Assembly (NCBI GenBank): GCA_010093995.1
Contig: ML992520.1
Location: 1 to 64,000, forward strand
Length of the DNA: 64,000 nucleotides
Reading direction: 5' to 3'
From: Elsinoe ampelina
Taxonomy: Eukaryota
In this document: piece by piece, positions 1 through 12,417 of the stretch
Numbering within the stretch: the first letter of the stretch is position 1
How the letters are laid out: each line of letters opens with the position of its first letter
The notes under the pieces: model-generated
Databases searched by the model: none
Told to the model about the DNA's origin: nothing
Seen by the model: only the letters and a program-made list of their open reading frames with translations
Position numbers and translations under genes: made by a program

Positions 1-1786
1 GGGCAGGATCTTGTACACAAGCCATTCGCCAATATTACTTCGTGCATCGATTACTGCAACGATTATGGTTCAGCTTGCAAGGCAATAGTCTGGGTCCAGA
101 GAGGTCTCGACGAGCAACAATGCTTCTTGAAGAGTTCAACGGCAGTGACCGGCACGGTCGCGTCCGGATTGACTGCCTTTGCAGCGTCGCCCGTCACCTA
201 CTCTCCGCTGCAAGCTTGTCCTGCTGCGCACAACCAAGCTTTCCTGGACGCTCAGGGCCAAGTCTATCAAATCAAGTGCGCAACGGATTACACAGGCTAC
301 GACCTTGGCTCTTTCTCCGGCTACAGCTCCATGGAAGCTTGCATCAATTTCTGCGATACGGATCCTGACTGCAAGGGTGTATCGTATGCTTACAACGGAA
401 CGTACAAGACACCCTTCTGCTACCCAAAGTACCAGATGACCGACGTTCCTCTCAACAGCACTGTGTACAAGTACAAGATGGACTCTGCTGTCAAGCTCTC
501 CAAGCCAGTCTACAAAGCTCTGGGTGCTTGTCCGGCGGTGGACAAGACCAACTTTTACGACAAACAAGGCAACACCTACCGCATCTCGTGCGCTACAACG
601 TACGATGACAATGACATTGTGCAGAAAGATGGTATGAAGAATTTGGAAGAGTGTGTCAACGCTTGCGATTCAACAGCCGGCTGTCTGGGAGTGTCCTACG
701 CATACGATGGGTACTATGGCAACAACCCTGCGTGTTTCCTAAAGAGCGCACAAAGCGCGAACACTCGTAGCAGCAGCTCCTTCTCTTTCACCGTGGATTC
801 TGCCTTCCTTGTCAGCGCAAAGACCTCGTTGAAGAAACGATCTCCCGCAAGAGTAGGCCATAAGGGTGCTTTGACAACCACGACGACCAATGCTTTTGGA
901 TCTACAGTCACCATCGTTTCGCCGGGTAGAACGACTACCATCTCCAGCTTGACCGCGGTAACATCAGTGACGAGCATCAAGAAGGGCAAGAAGGCGACAA
1001 GCACGTACACAAGTAGCTTGACAGTCGCCTCGACTACTACTGCCCACGACTCGATATCTACTGTTGAACCCAACATCCTCGCTGACGTAGTCCTCAATGT
1101 TACGATCACCGACGCCACCAAAGCATTCCAACTTCTTCCTGGCGACGACGGCAGCGTTTACCTATCCACGAACTACAGTGCTGCCACTGCTATCAAACTA
1201 TTTGTGTACGAAGACGGCATCATCACATCCGATCTACAGGAACGTTTCTTCCTCTACTTCCCAGATCTCATGGCCACTTATGGTGCCTCCCGTTTCCGCC
1301 TGGCAAAGTGGGGCAAAATCCCCATCGGCGCGAGGATCATCACTCTCATGCCACTCGATGTCGGAGGTAGCACCGTCCTGGTAGCTACCGACACTCTCGG
1401 CAACTACTTCTTCCCCATCACCTGCGCCTTCGACGGCAACGCCAACCTCAAGGTCTTCTTGGTGAAGGACAGATCGCCCCGATCTGTCCTTCATGACGGA
1501 CAAGAACCTCCGCTTTGTCATGACGGGTGGTGTTGTCGCAGATTGTAATCCCGTGTCGCTGACGGCGGACGGAGTGTCGACGCTGGCCACGGCTCCTGAA
1601 GTGACTGATTCCAGTGGGGACGATTCAACTGATGGGAGCGGCTCGACCGACGGAAGCGGCTCGACTGATGGAAGTGGCTCGACTGATGGAAGTGGCTCCT
1701 CCTCGGGGTCGGACAGCGGAAGCTCAACCGACAACGGAACGAGCACGGCCACTGATGGTGGGGATACCGCGACCGCGACGGCGTAG
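1..1786 (+). CDS. 5'-truncated, probably secreted multi-PAN/apple-like domain protein with Ser/Thr-rich linker and C-terminal domain; apparent frameshift near 1470
   Basis: Frame 1 is open from base 1 (GQDLVHKPFANITSCIDYCNDYGSACKAIVW...CFLKS). At least three Cys-patterned repeats (C-x-TDY-x-G-x-D...C-x3-C...C-x-GVSY...C-x2-K). The C-terminus (MTDKNLRFVMTGGVVADC...) continues in another frame, 1493-1786. Confidence 0.75.
1625..1696 (+). repeat. 18-bp coding tandem repeat x4 encoding STDGSG
   Basis: tcaactgatgggagcggc / tcgaccgacggaagcggc / tcgactgatggaagtggc / tcgactgatggaagtggc. Confidence 0.9.
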
Positions 1787-2205
1787 ATGTTCTCGTAGAT
1801 ATCCTAGCAATGTTATTTCCTTCTGCACGCTTCCAGCTTACGCTCCCCATTGTGGCCGCGACCTTTGCGAGCGTTGGGTGACAATGAGCCGCTGTTGTTC
1901 TCGCCTGTCTGCGACTCTCACCAAACAAACGCATGGTTGTCAGACCCGTACATCCACACAGCAACGACCATCACTATAATTACTACTACTGGCACCAAAT
2001 AGTTTTGACGTGGCCCCTTGCTATAGAGGGCAATCCGCATATTCATCGGACAACTCGACAAAGTCTTGTTTCTTCAAGTAAAGTCTCATTTGATATATCA
2101 CCATCTAGTCTACAGCTGCTTCAAAGCCGTTCCAACCTCATCGTGGCTCTTCTTTCCACAGAGTCCTCGTCGCCCATGCTCAAATGCTCCAGAGTGAAGC
2201 GTCTC

Positions 2206-3260
2206 TTAGGCCGTCACACTGAACGCCACTTTGGCGATCTTCCAGGAGCAGACGCCGCCAGGATTGACCGCCGTGACCCTGAACGCGAGATTGGCCGGCT
2301 CGCCGTCCGCGGCCTCGAACTCGAAGCTGGTCTGCTTCGTCTTGGCGGCACCGGTCGTCTTGTCCGTGGGCCCGGTGATGGCGTTCCACACGGCGCGACC
2401 ATTGAGGAGTACCTGCTGGGTGCAAGTGGCGTTGTCGGTCCATGCTACCTGGTTGAACGTCAAGCGGAAGGGGTTGGTGCTTTCGCGGAAGATGGGACTC
2501 TGGGAGATCTCGGCGATGTTGGCGGAAGTAAAGTTCAGCCCGGATGTGGCCAGGGTCACCTGGTTGCCCACGGGATCGGCGAAAGTGGGGGGGTTCACGG
2601 CGACAGCGCCTCCGGCATGGTTCCAGAAGGGGAGGTTGAGAGTGTTGTAGACGCCGTCGCCGGTCGCGACGCCACTGCCGCTGAAATATGGGTTCTTGAA
2701 AAAGTTCTGTGTGGCTTTCTTGTCCCCCACGATGGCTTTGCAGTTGGCCTTGAGTAGTTTGACGCTCATTGTGGAGAATGGGCTGGCGGTGATGCCGCCT
2801 CTTGGAGATGTCAGACATGGTGATATACATTTGGAAGCGCATGAGGCTTACTGTGCGAGGATGAAGGTACAGAAACCTGTCGGATCGGACACGACCTTGC
2901 TCATGGCATTGAGTGCCTTGTTCTTGACCATTTTGGCTTTGGGCAAAGTCGACTTGGCCTGAGTCGGTGTCAATAGCAGACATGGACAGCCCGAGACAAA
3001 GGCCGTCGCATCGACGTCGGGGAGAGGCGAGATTCGGTCATTCCTAGCATGTGTCAGACAGAGCTCCATGTATGGGTTTGGCTGCTACCGTACAGATACA
3101 AAAACCAGTAGCAGGCGAGCAGAGGTTCCTTGAACGCTGCATTGATCTTGCCAACTGTAGATTCGCCGGTGAAGCAAAAGCTCGCCGAATCCTGCCGTAC
3201 TTCGAGTGCGCCAGCCGAAGCCACACTCAGGAGAGTTGCGAGACTGATGATCTTGTTCAT
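2206..3260 (-). CDS. Secreted protein (~317 aa, 3 exons: 3260-3094, 3043-2852, 2800-2206) with two Cys-containing modules and a beta-rich C-terminal domain
   Basis: Signal peptide MNKIISLATLLSVASAG then LEVR|Q. Introns GTACGG..CTGAC..TAG and GTAAGC..CTGAC..AAG join three ORF fragments in frame (954 nt). Confidence 0.8.
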
Positions 3261-4270
3261 GTTGAGATTTTGAGCAGGGGAGTAGGTATGCTGCCACTTC
3301 TGTGGACATTGCACCTATCCTTATACTGGTTTGATCCCGAGGTCTTACCTCCATCACCTAGCCGATGGTCGCAGCCAAGCATTGTCTATTGGTGCGGTAA
3401 TGGGATAATTTCCTGATACATCCACTGACTGGAAACTCATGTGCCGCAGACCGATGGCAGACAGCGGCTTTAGTGCCCCTCGTACGTAGGGCGAGAAGGC
3501 CCTGTATGAGTACAAGCAAGCGTTGCTAGCTTTGCAACGTAAAGAACCTTCCTCATCTGACATCCGTGCAACGCTCATTGATTCAGAGTCGCTTCGATGA
3601 TCACTCTCCAGGAGATGCTCCGAGGTGAGGACGCTCTTTGCCTAACCAAAGCACGGAGATCAGACTAGGCTGAAGAGGCTCACGCTTGAGCTCGCACGTA
3701 TCTCTCGACATGCTTCCATCTCAATGCGCTCTGGTACTTGTTACATTCAATCTCTCGTAGACTATTGTCCATTTACGTTGTCATTCAGGACTCGACGGAT
3801 AGAGGCGTTGCCACAAGGACAAGTGCCCGTTTACGATATTGCTGAGCCGCAACGGCTCCGGATCCGTATAGCGAACTAGCTCCGTTGGAGGTTAGTTTGG
3901 ACTTTCCCCTGCTTCTCACACCCGAGGTAAAGCAACTTGTTTGGAAACGTCTCTAGCATCCTGCCCGCAAATGGCCAATGCGCGTGTTTCCTAACGTCGA
4001 ATGGACAGAATCTCGGTGCTGAAACCCCTTTCTCATCCACATATCGTGGCTTTGCGCGCCGTTTGACGTTCCTTTTGCGTTCGAGGCTCTGATCTGTATA
4101 TTGTCTGCGGCGTAGCAAGTCTCTTCATCTTAGCGGTATGGATACAGGAAAGCTTCGTGCCCCTATCATGGAGACAAAAGCGCTGCACTCCTCCACACGT
4201 TCGTCCGCAAGCACGGCTACGTCCCCGCTCGGCATTCTCAGTTGCAGGTGCACAGCATCAGCCGTGTCAC

Positions 4271-5629
4271 ATGATGCCTGGTACGAGCGATGTCAGCTAC
4301 AGTGCTGTGACTAAGGACGACTACGAGAAAGACGAGGAGGCCAGCAACCCAGAGATGCGTTTGTTCCTACACAATCATTCGAGGCACACCGCGTGGCACG
4401 ATTTTCGACGTCCATCGGTACTAGCGCTCGCTGCAAGCATTGTGTGTATTACCATGTTCCTAGTAGGATTCGGCTTCGGAAAGATGGATGGGCATTCGCA
4501 AAGGTCGTAAGTTTAACGAACCGTCATATGCATATTGTCCTGACGGACGCAGGGTTTCGGCCTCTGTTGTCAAGCAGTTACTACACATGGAACAAGCATA
4601 CGTAGCGAAAGAGAGCCCTGCCCACGGGTCTGCCACGAGTCTAGGGGCCGGAACAGCCGAGACAAACACAGTATTCGACGTTCTGAGGTCCTTACCCCCG
4701 ATTGATCTTTATCAAGAGTACGGAATGCGCCATGGCGAGCTTGCCCTCTATCCAGAACCTCTCAAAGACAGCATCTGCCTAGTGGACGTCGATACTAGGA
4801 AGTGGAAGCCGCACAGAGTCGATGAACCCAAAGAGCCACTTCACTTTGGCTATTTCAACCATTACCTATACGGTATGCTGAGCCTAACAACCCCGAGGTG
4901 AAATTGACACTGACATACTCCTCAGCGAAATTACATGGATATGCTTACAAGCACATGCAAGTCCCGGAGCTCTCAAATCTGAACACCACATGGGTCAAAG
5001 TGCGCGAGCTATACAGAATCACCATGATGGACGAATGTCGATTTGTCGTCATGGTAGATGGCGATGTCATCTTTCCTGATCTTCGGGTCCCAATGGAAGC
5101 GTTACTGAGCCACTGGAACATCACACAAGATATCATGATCGCGGGCGGGATAGATCTCGACAACACACATGATGTCCGTGGTAGACCGCAGTTCAATACC
5201 GGGTTCCTCGTCACGCAGGACACGCCTTTGTTCCCTAAGATGATGCAAGATTGGATCGACTGCCCGACGGATGTCAAGTACAAGACTTGTTCTCAGTGGC
5301 GCTGGAAATGGGCTCGGGAGCAGGCTGCCTTCTCAGGCTACATTCGATATGATCCGGAATACAGCCCATATATCCGTCACATCCCCGTGGAGGACGTTCA
5401 TCAAGGCCGATTCACTAAACACTACTGGGGCTATTCCAAGCGATTCCTCGCAAAAGCCTCCAAACAGGCCATTCTGGATCGTTTCGTGCCTGATATTTAC
5501 AAGGGCCTCTTGGATGATTGGTCGCGAGTACACGAGCACGTTACAGAGGACGTCTACGAAGACTTGCAAAAGTACACCCAACATACGGATGTCGAGGACA
5601 AGGGAAAGAACCTAGCTGTCCCTCAGTGA
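4271..5629 (+). CDS. GT34/GMA12-MNN10-like type II membrane glycosyltransferase (exons 4271-4506, 4553-4872, 4926-5629)
   Basis: N-terminal TM (VLALAASIVCITMFLVGFGFG); NHYLYAKLHGYAY, WVKV, DXD motif (MVDGDVIF), FNTGF, EQAAF; canonical introns restore frame. Confidence 0.8.
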
Positions 5630-6283
5630 TGTCAAAAGGTCTTCAAGAGGGCTTGGACGCATGTCTATGATGATAACGATCCTGATTATGATGAATTCGG
5701 GTTGTGTGTATATAGAATACTTTCAATGGCCTTTGCTGCCCAAGTTCCGTTCGCCAGATCAAACTTGAGTAGTAAAGTGAACGATTGCAGCACGGGCGAA
5801 TGAGTGCAAAGTAGAGCAGACGGATCACGCGTTGTACTGTAGCCACCGAAGCTCCAATCTAGCATGACGTCTGCGACCTACACATCGTTTCCGGCACCAT
5901 CGCTCCAGGCGAAGCATTGGCACGTTTAGTGGTTACCGTATGCTGACATCGACGCCAGTGTGGTGTGGGGCGAAATCGCTTCAAAATGCCCGCCGCTCCC
6001 CATAGAAATTATTAATCAACACCAAATCCATCGACGAAATATGAACAACATGGAACAGTCGTCATCACAATCGTTGCGGAGCACGTCCGGGATCGCCGGC
6101 AAGATCGGTATCTGCATACAAAAGCTGCCCTGATTGATTAGCCACGGCGGGTTTGCCGCACCGTTATGCCCAGGCGCCTCCTTGTTGACGGCCCCTAAAG
6201 AGCGCAGACCCAGATGGCACCGCTCAAAATCAGCATGCAAGTCTGTTCATGACCTGCTCGATCACTTCACGACAAGCAAAACA

Positions 6284-7530
6284 ATGATGAAAGGCATGTA
6301 CGAGCCGCTGGATGTGGCCCACAAGAAGACATTCACCCCGGACGACGACGAGCCATCAGCTTTCGTCGATGACGAAATGCTGAGGAATGCCTCGAGGCGC
6401 GCAAAGTCCCAACAACGCAACCTTCATGGGTATGGAAACATATTCGATCAGATAGACCGCAGGGCAGAAGTACTCTTGGGACGTTTGAGCACATCGACCA
6501 AGTTGGCGATCTTCGTCCCCATCTTGCTTAGTGCTGTGCTGAGTCCTATGCTCCTGATTATGCAAAAGTGAGTCGATGCACTCTTGTTGATGCCATTCGG
6601 TCATGGATACATGCTGACACGTGCAGTACCCGGCTGACGGCACTGTCGAGCGATATCCCGGCCATGCTGAAGCAGATGCCCTGGAACCCATCTATGCTTC
6701 CCCCATACCCCGTCCTAGACCAATTCAGAGAGCGAGCAGACTTTTCAAGTAGTCGATTTCCCACACCGCTGGGCGGCAAGGTGGTTCTCCTTGACGTCGA
6801 CACACGGCCTTGGAGCATCCCGGATGCTTCCAACATGACTCAAATATCTTATGGTCGTGCTAACCACTGGCTGTATGCCAAGATGCATGGCTATGATTAC
6901 AAGTACGTGCAAGCGCCGGAACTGCCTGGGGAGATCCGACAGACATGGGTCAAGGTCGACGCTATTCGCAAAGTGCTCCTGGAAGGCTATCAATTCATCG
7001 TGTTTACCGACTACGACATTGTCTTTCCCCACCTCAAGATACCGATCGAATGGTTCTTGGACTTCTGGAATGTCACTCCGGAGATCATCCTCACCGTAGG
7101 CTCGGTTCCGAATCGCACCGACAAATACGATCAATTCCATCGTCACCTTAGTATCAATACCGGCTTCATGATCATCCAGAACGCCCCGCATGCGCTTGAC
7201 ATGTTGAAAGATTGGGCTGAGTGTCCATCCGAGGTCAAGTACCCTGGATGCGCGCAGTGGAAGATGAAGCTGTCAAACGAGCAGAATGCCTACGCTGATT
7301 ACGTACGGTACACTTACCCCAACACTACGAGGGACATTGAATGCGACCAGGTCACTTCGTCCGAGTTCATGACCATGCCACGGGCCAAGAAGTGCAGGGG
7401 AACTCTGATCCAGCATTTTTGGTCGAAGAAGGACGAGGTCAAGAATGCAGTGCAGGCATCCATAGCCAATCTGATATTTCCGGAAGTCGTGCGGGAGATG
7501 AAGGACACGGTTGTCCCACATATAGAGTAA
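6284..7530 (+). CDS. GT34-like glycosyltransferase, tandem paralog (exons 6284-6567, 6627-7530)
   Basis: TM (LAIFVPILLSAVLSPMLLIM); NHWLYAKMHGYDY, TWVKV, FTDYDIVF (DXD), INTGF, CPSEVKY, EQNAY; intron GTGAGT..CTGAC..CAG. Confidence 0.8.
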
Positions 7531-7898
7531 TAGCTCGTGTATAGAATAGATCGATGCAGGGTCTGTCTCTACCTAGTGCACGTGGTCGCAGCCAAAGTTG
7601 CGCCCTGTGATTGGTTCGAAGCGCAGCTTTCTTCTCCGCATATCGTCACTGCCCGAGAACGCAGTTCAGCTGGCTGCACCTCGCCTGCTGCTCCTACGAT
7701 CGATGCACTCCATCTTTCTCCCGTTTCGCCCTGCTCCCGAAGCTGTACCACACCTACGATTGCTCCATGTATAGCGAGACCGACATCATTGACTATCTCG
7801 TCTAGTTTCGCTCCGCCTTTGCGCTAGTCTGCGTCGGAGAAGGCCCTCCAGGCACTCGGCCGTTGCGCCGTATGCGATTGCGCGACTAGGCCTTCGCC

Positions 7899-10800
7899 AT
7901 GGCCAAAAAGGCGCGTCAAAAGATCAGCTACGGTAGGCAAGGTGAAATGAGAAGCCAGTACATAATGACTGATGGTCTTCTACAGTGCTGCCACTGGCAA
8001 AGTCTGCCGGTGGACATCGTTTAGGCGTCAATGGTCTTGCTATTGACCCCACCAATTCCATATTGTACCTCGACCCTCGACCAACAGACCTGACCACATT
8101 CACGGACTAATTCCGAACAGATACTCCGGCGGCCGTGACGGCGTGATTTGCGCATGGGATACACACCTCAATCTTCAGGAACCTCAAAGCCCGCTCGCGG
8201 ACGGCGCAAAGAAGCCCAGCCCTCCTGACACCACGTTCAGGCAGCAAGTTCAGGCGCACACGAACTGGATCAATGATATCGCCTTGGTTCAATCCAATTC
8301 CGCCCTTGTCTCCGCATCATCGGATATTTCAGTAAAGGTCTGGCGACCAGCGGCCCAAGATCCTATCCCGCCTCAGACTGTGGGTCTTCATTCAGACTAC
8401 GTCAAGGTCTTGGCCGTCCCAGATGTCCACGAGAGCTGGATCGCAAGCGGGGGTCTCGATCGCCGAATATCCTTGTGGGACTTGAGCGGGTCGGGTCAGA
8501 AGCTCAGTATCCATGTCGCTGAAGACGAAGGCGGCACTGCCAACAAGGACAAAGGCAGTGTGTACGCACTCGATGTCACGCCTAATATCCTCGCCAGCGG
8601 GGGTCCAGAAAGCGTGGTCCGTGTTTGGGATCCAAAGAGCGGGAAACGGATAACCAAGTTCGTCGGCCACACCGACAACATACGGGATATCCTCATATCC
8701 AAAGATGGGGAGACAATCATGACAGCGAGCAGCGATCAGACCGTCAAAGTCTGGAGCGTCACGGCTGGCCGATGTATGCATACGCTCACGATGCACGACG
8801 CAAGTGTCTGGTCTCTCTGGTCGGACGAGCCTTCCTTGTCGGTCTTCTATTCGTCCGACAAGTGCGGCTTAATTGCGAAGACAGATACCAGAGGATGTGC
8901 CGAGCTTGATGAGGGGTTGAGCATAGCGGTCGCTCAAGAGCACGAAGGCGTACACAAGCTCGTGTCTGGGGGCGACTATATTTGGACCGCAACAAGCAGG
9001 CCCAGCATCAACCGGTGGAACAACGTCGACACTACGAATGCCGAAGCAGACTTCCCGGAGAGCTATCGGGCACATCGCTTCAGCGTCTCGACAAGCCGTT
9101 CCAAGCTGACATCAAGCACGTTCCAGAACCAGACCACCAGCCCAACTCGACAGAACAAAAAGCAGATACCACTCAAGCATGTATTGCGATTGAGCAATAC
9201 CGCCTTCTTCCCGACACAAATTTTTAGTGACTCGGATACAAACACCGAACGCGGCCCTCGCAGAGGTACTGTTCAAATACTTGACGCGGAGCAGCACATG
9301 GCCCAGCCCGTGCACGCTAGCCCGGAATCTGCCATCGAAGGACAGAACGGCTTGATAAAGCATGTCATGCTCAATGATCGACGCCGCGTGTTAACACTGG
9401 ACACGGCCGGGGAGGTCATCATGTGGGACCTTTTGAAGGTGGGCCAGTGCCAAATTTCAATGCATTCTAAGCTCATTTCACCCAGTGTGTACCTGTAAAG
9501 TCTTTCGGAAAGCGTCATATGGAAGATGTACAGCCCGAGGTGAGTACTATGGAGTCGGTGCCCAACTGGTGTACAATCGACACGCGGACTGGATCGTTAG
9601 CCATTACGCTGGAAGAAAACACCTGTTTCGATGCAGAACTCTACGCCGATGAGATGGAAGAATACCATGACATTGAGTTCAAGGATGACCAGAGAAGTGA
9701 GGTAACTCTTCCAAGTCTCTAGGTGCTGGGATCTGACAATGTATAGTAAACCTGGGCAAGTGGGTTCTGCGATACCTCTTCGATAGCATAATTGCTGAAG
9801 AGATCAAACGCGATGTGGAGTACAGGCAACATACTCTGGCGTCGCATCAAGCTCAGCGCATGGAACGGGCGAACGCACCTCTGGGCATCCAGATTCCACC
9901 ACTTCCGACCGACTTCAATGGCATCGGTGATGCAGGGTCGGACGCCACTCCACGACCCCACGATGTCGCTCGAAGCCCCATCACGCCAGGTCTAGCCATC
10001 TCATTGGCAACACCGGGCGGTTTGACGCAAGCCAATCATGCTGTTTCGAGAGATATCGGTAGCGCCATCGCTGAAGAACAACCACAAGCCAGCGCAAATG
10101 GAGAAATCATTGGTCTCAATGCCAATCGTCAATCCGGCGATTACTTCTCAGCGAACGCCTCTCCCAACCCTGCCGCTTCCCCACAGCCTGCCAAAGACCC
10201 TACTACACCGGCTGCGGCCCCTGTTGATGAAGGGAAAAAGTCACCAGAGGAGCCCAAAGATGGCGAGAACAAAGATACACCCAGCAAATTTGGTAAGAAG
10301 TTCCGCATGAATATGACGTTCAGCATGAAAAAGCTGGGACGCACATCGACATCTGAGAAGGAGAAGCCTGCCGAGGAGGAGAAGAAGGAGGACAACGAAA
10401 GCGATTCCCGTTCCAACAAGACCAGCGATTCCCGGCAAGTGGACGAGAATTTCCTAGGTGTTGTACAGAAGATTCATTTCGACTACAGAGATGCCCTAGC
10501 ACAAAAGGCTCAAGCGCAGTATGCTCAGGACGCTGCTGGTGGTGCACTTGGCGACGCACAAGACGTTGACCTGGAGACACTGATCCAACCAAGCTTACCA
10601 TCCGAGACGCCCGTGCTAAAACCACCTCAAAATACTACCATCTTGATTCAAGAGGACAGGCCCGAGGCGGGAGGCGTTGCTGATCTTTTCGAAGGCACTG
10701 TCGGAGAACTTCTTGATCACATCGACACAATCGAAAGAGTGGCCCCAATGTGGTTGGGTGAAGTCCTGTTGAAAAACCAGATACCGATCAAAGATGTTGT

Positions 10801-11251
10801 TAAGATCAGCTTTGTTTTGGACCCGTGGAAAGGAGAGCTCCCCATCATTGCCACAGACGGGTAAGATAATGTCAAGCCCCCTTGATTGACCAGAGCTGAC
10901 TTGGACAGTAACAATCGCCTGAATGCGAATAGAATGCTCCGGGCAAGGAAGATACTGGCTTACGTCGCTGAACGGATCGAGCCTGCTCCAGCCGACGGCG
11001 TGTACTACGACGATGAAGGACAAGCAGTCCAACCCGAAGACTATCTGGAGTTGTGGTGCAACAACCAACGGGTGCCTCCAAAGATGACACTCGCGACGAT
11101 TCGTGCTCACATCTGGAGAGGCGGAGGAGACGTAAGTCTCTACTACAAAGCTAATGGCAGGAGAAAGGTTGGACCTGCACCTATGATCACTCGTGCGCCG
11201 GCAGACTCCGAGGAGATGCGACTAGAACAAGACGAGCCGCCAGCTCCATGA
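7899..11251 (+). CDS. WDR48: WD40-repeat deubiquitinase cofactor, WDR48/UAF1/Duf1/Bun107 family (6 exons; introns 7933-7985, 8065-8120, 9439-9485, 9697-9746, 10861-10908)
   Basis: Spliced N-terminus [14 protein letters not shown]...[11 protein letters not shown]...[28 protein letters not shown] repeats; [13 protein letters not shown]-terminal [17 protein letters not shown]...[17 protein letters not shown]. Confidence 0.9.
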
Positions 11252-11642
11252 TTGGTATTTGTCGCGGGAGAAACGACCAATTACCTGTGGGAGGCAATTG
11301 ATATCAAGTGCATTCACATTGAGATATGAAGAAAGAGATACCAAAGAAGCGTTGATAGTTTACAGTTCTCATGAAAGTTCACCGCCGTCTTACAATTCCC
11401 TCTGTTTGCCGCTGCAATGTGAACTGTGAGAGTCACATGTCACATTGCTTGCCTCTCACTCTCATCAGCAAAAGCAGCCCAAAAGACAACCCACACATAG
11501 CAAGTCAAAGCATCCATAAATTCACACCTCTTCCACTTCTCAAGCTCTTCCTCTCAACAACCCACACTAACACTAGAATCACCAAGCTCATCCTATCATC
11601 CACCGGTCAGACATGCCCCCCAAGCAAGCGAACAACTCTAGC

Positions 11643-12126
11643 ATGTCCAACATCACCTTCACCGAGCGCGAGATCGCCGTCGTGGCCGCCGTCTTCGCCG
11701 CCATGGACGGTCCTACCCTTTCCGTAAGTCTGGTCTGGCGGTCACGGTCAATTTACATGTGAGCGGGACTGACCCACCGCTCCTGTAGGCAGAGGAGTGG
11801 AAGTCCATCGCTGCCTCCGCGGGCATCACGAATGGAGACGTCGGTCGCAATGCCAAGTTCGCATTCGGGTCGGTGAAGAAGAAGTTTGGTGTAAAGACAG
11901 ACGGGGGAAAGGCGGGCAACGGGAAGAAGAGGACTACTGGTATGATGTTGGAAATCCGTGGTGTGACGATGAGAGCTGACTCTTTGCAGGTGAAGATGGG
12001 GATGAGGATGGGATCAAGGATGAGGATGCGGATGGGACGGCGGAAGCGGACGATGGGGAGGGGGGGAACCGGGGTGCTGTGAAGAAGGGGAGGGGACGTG
12101 TGAAGAGGGCGAAGAAGGAGGAGTGA
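11643..12126 (+). CDS. Small (122 aa) basic/acidic putative nuclear protein, 3 exons (11643-11723, 11789-11939, 11990-12126); not present as one ORF in the track
   Basis: Introns GTAAGT..CTGAC..TAG and GTATGA..CTGAC..CAG give MSNITFTEREIAVVAAVFAAMDGPTLSAEEWKSIAASAGITNGDVGRNAKFAFGSVKKKF...GKKRTTGEDGDED...KKGRGRVKRAKKEE* (369 nt). Confidence 0.75.
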
Positions 12127-12417
12127 GGGGCGTGGCGTGACTGGTTCGGGAGAAGTTCAGGGCGGGCGAGAGGTGTTGCTGGCAGTCTGATGTGGTGGTG
12201 AGTGATGACAATGACCACTCCAAATCGTGTCACTGGACAAAGGCGTCCAGGGGACAATTGCTGGATGAGAGACTGGCGGAAGATCGAATGATATCTATTC
12301 AAAAACAAGGCTGTCTGCCTTGGTTTCATGGTATCGTGCGCCATATCCGATGCATTTGCCTTGAACGCCACGCTTGAAGTGATGCCGACCCATACCACAC
12401 TTCGATACCGTCGCCCA

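Noticed and set aside
1625..1696. CRISPR-like short repeat array
   Set aside because: Contiguous coding repeats with no spacers, in a eukaryotic gene; no cas genes.
1933..2983. 274-aa + ORF and 267-aa - ORF
   Set aside because: Antisense or alternative frames of the spliced secreted-protein gene, which has a signal peptide and canonical introns.
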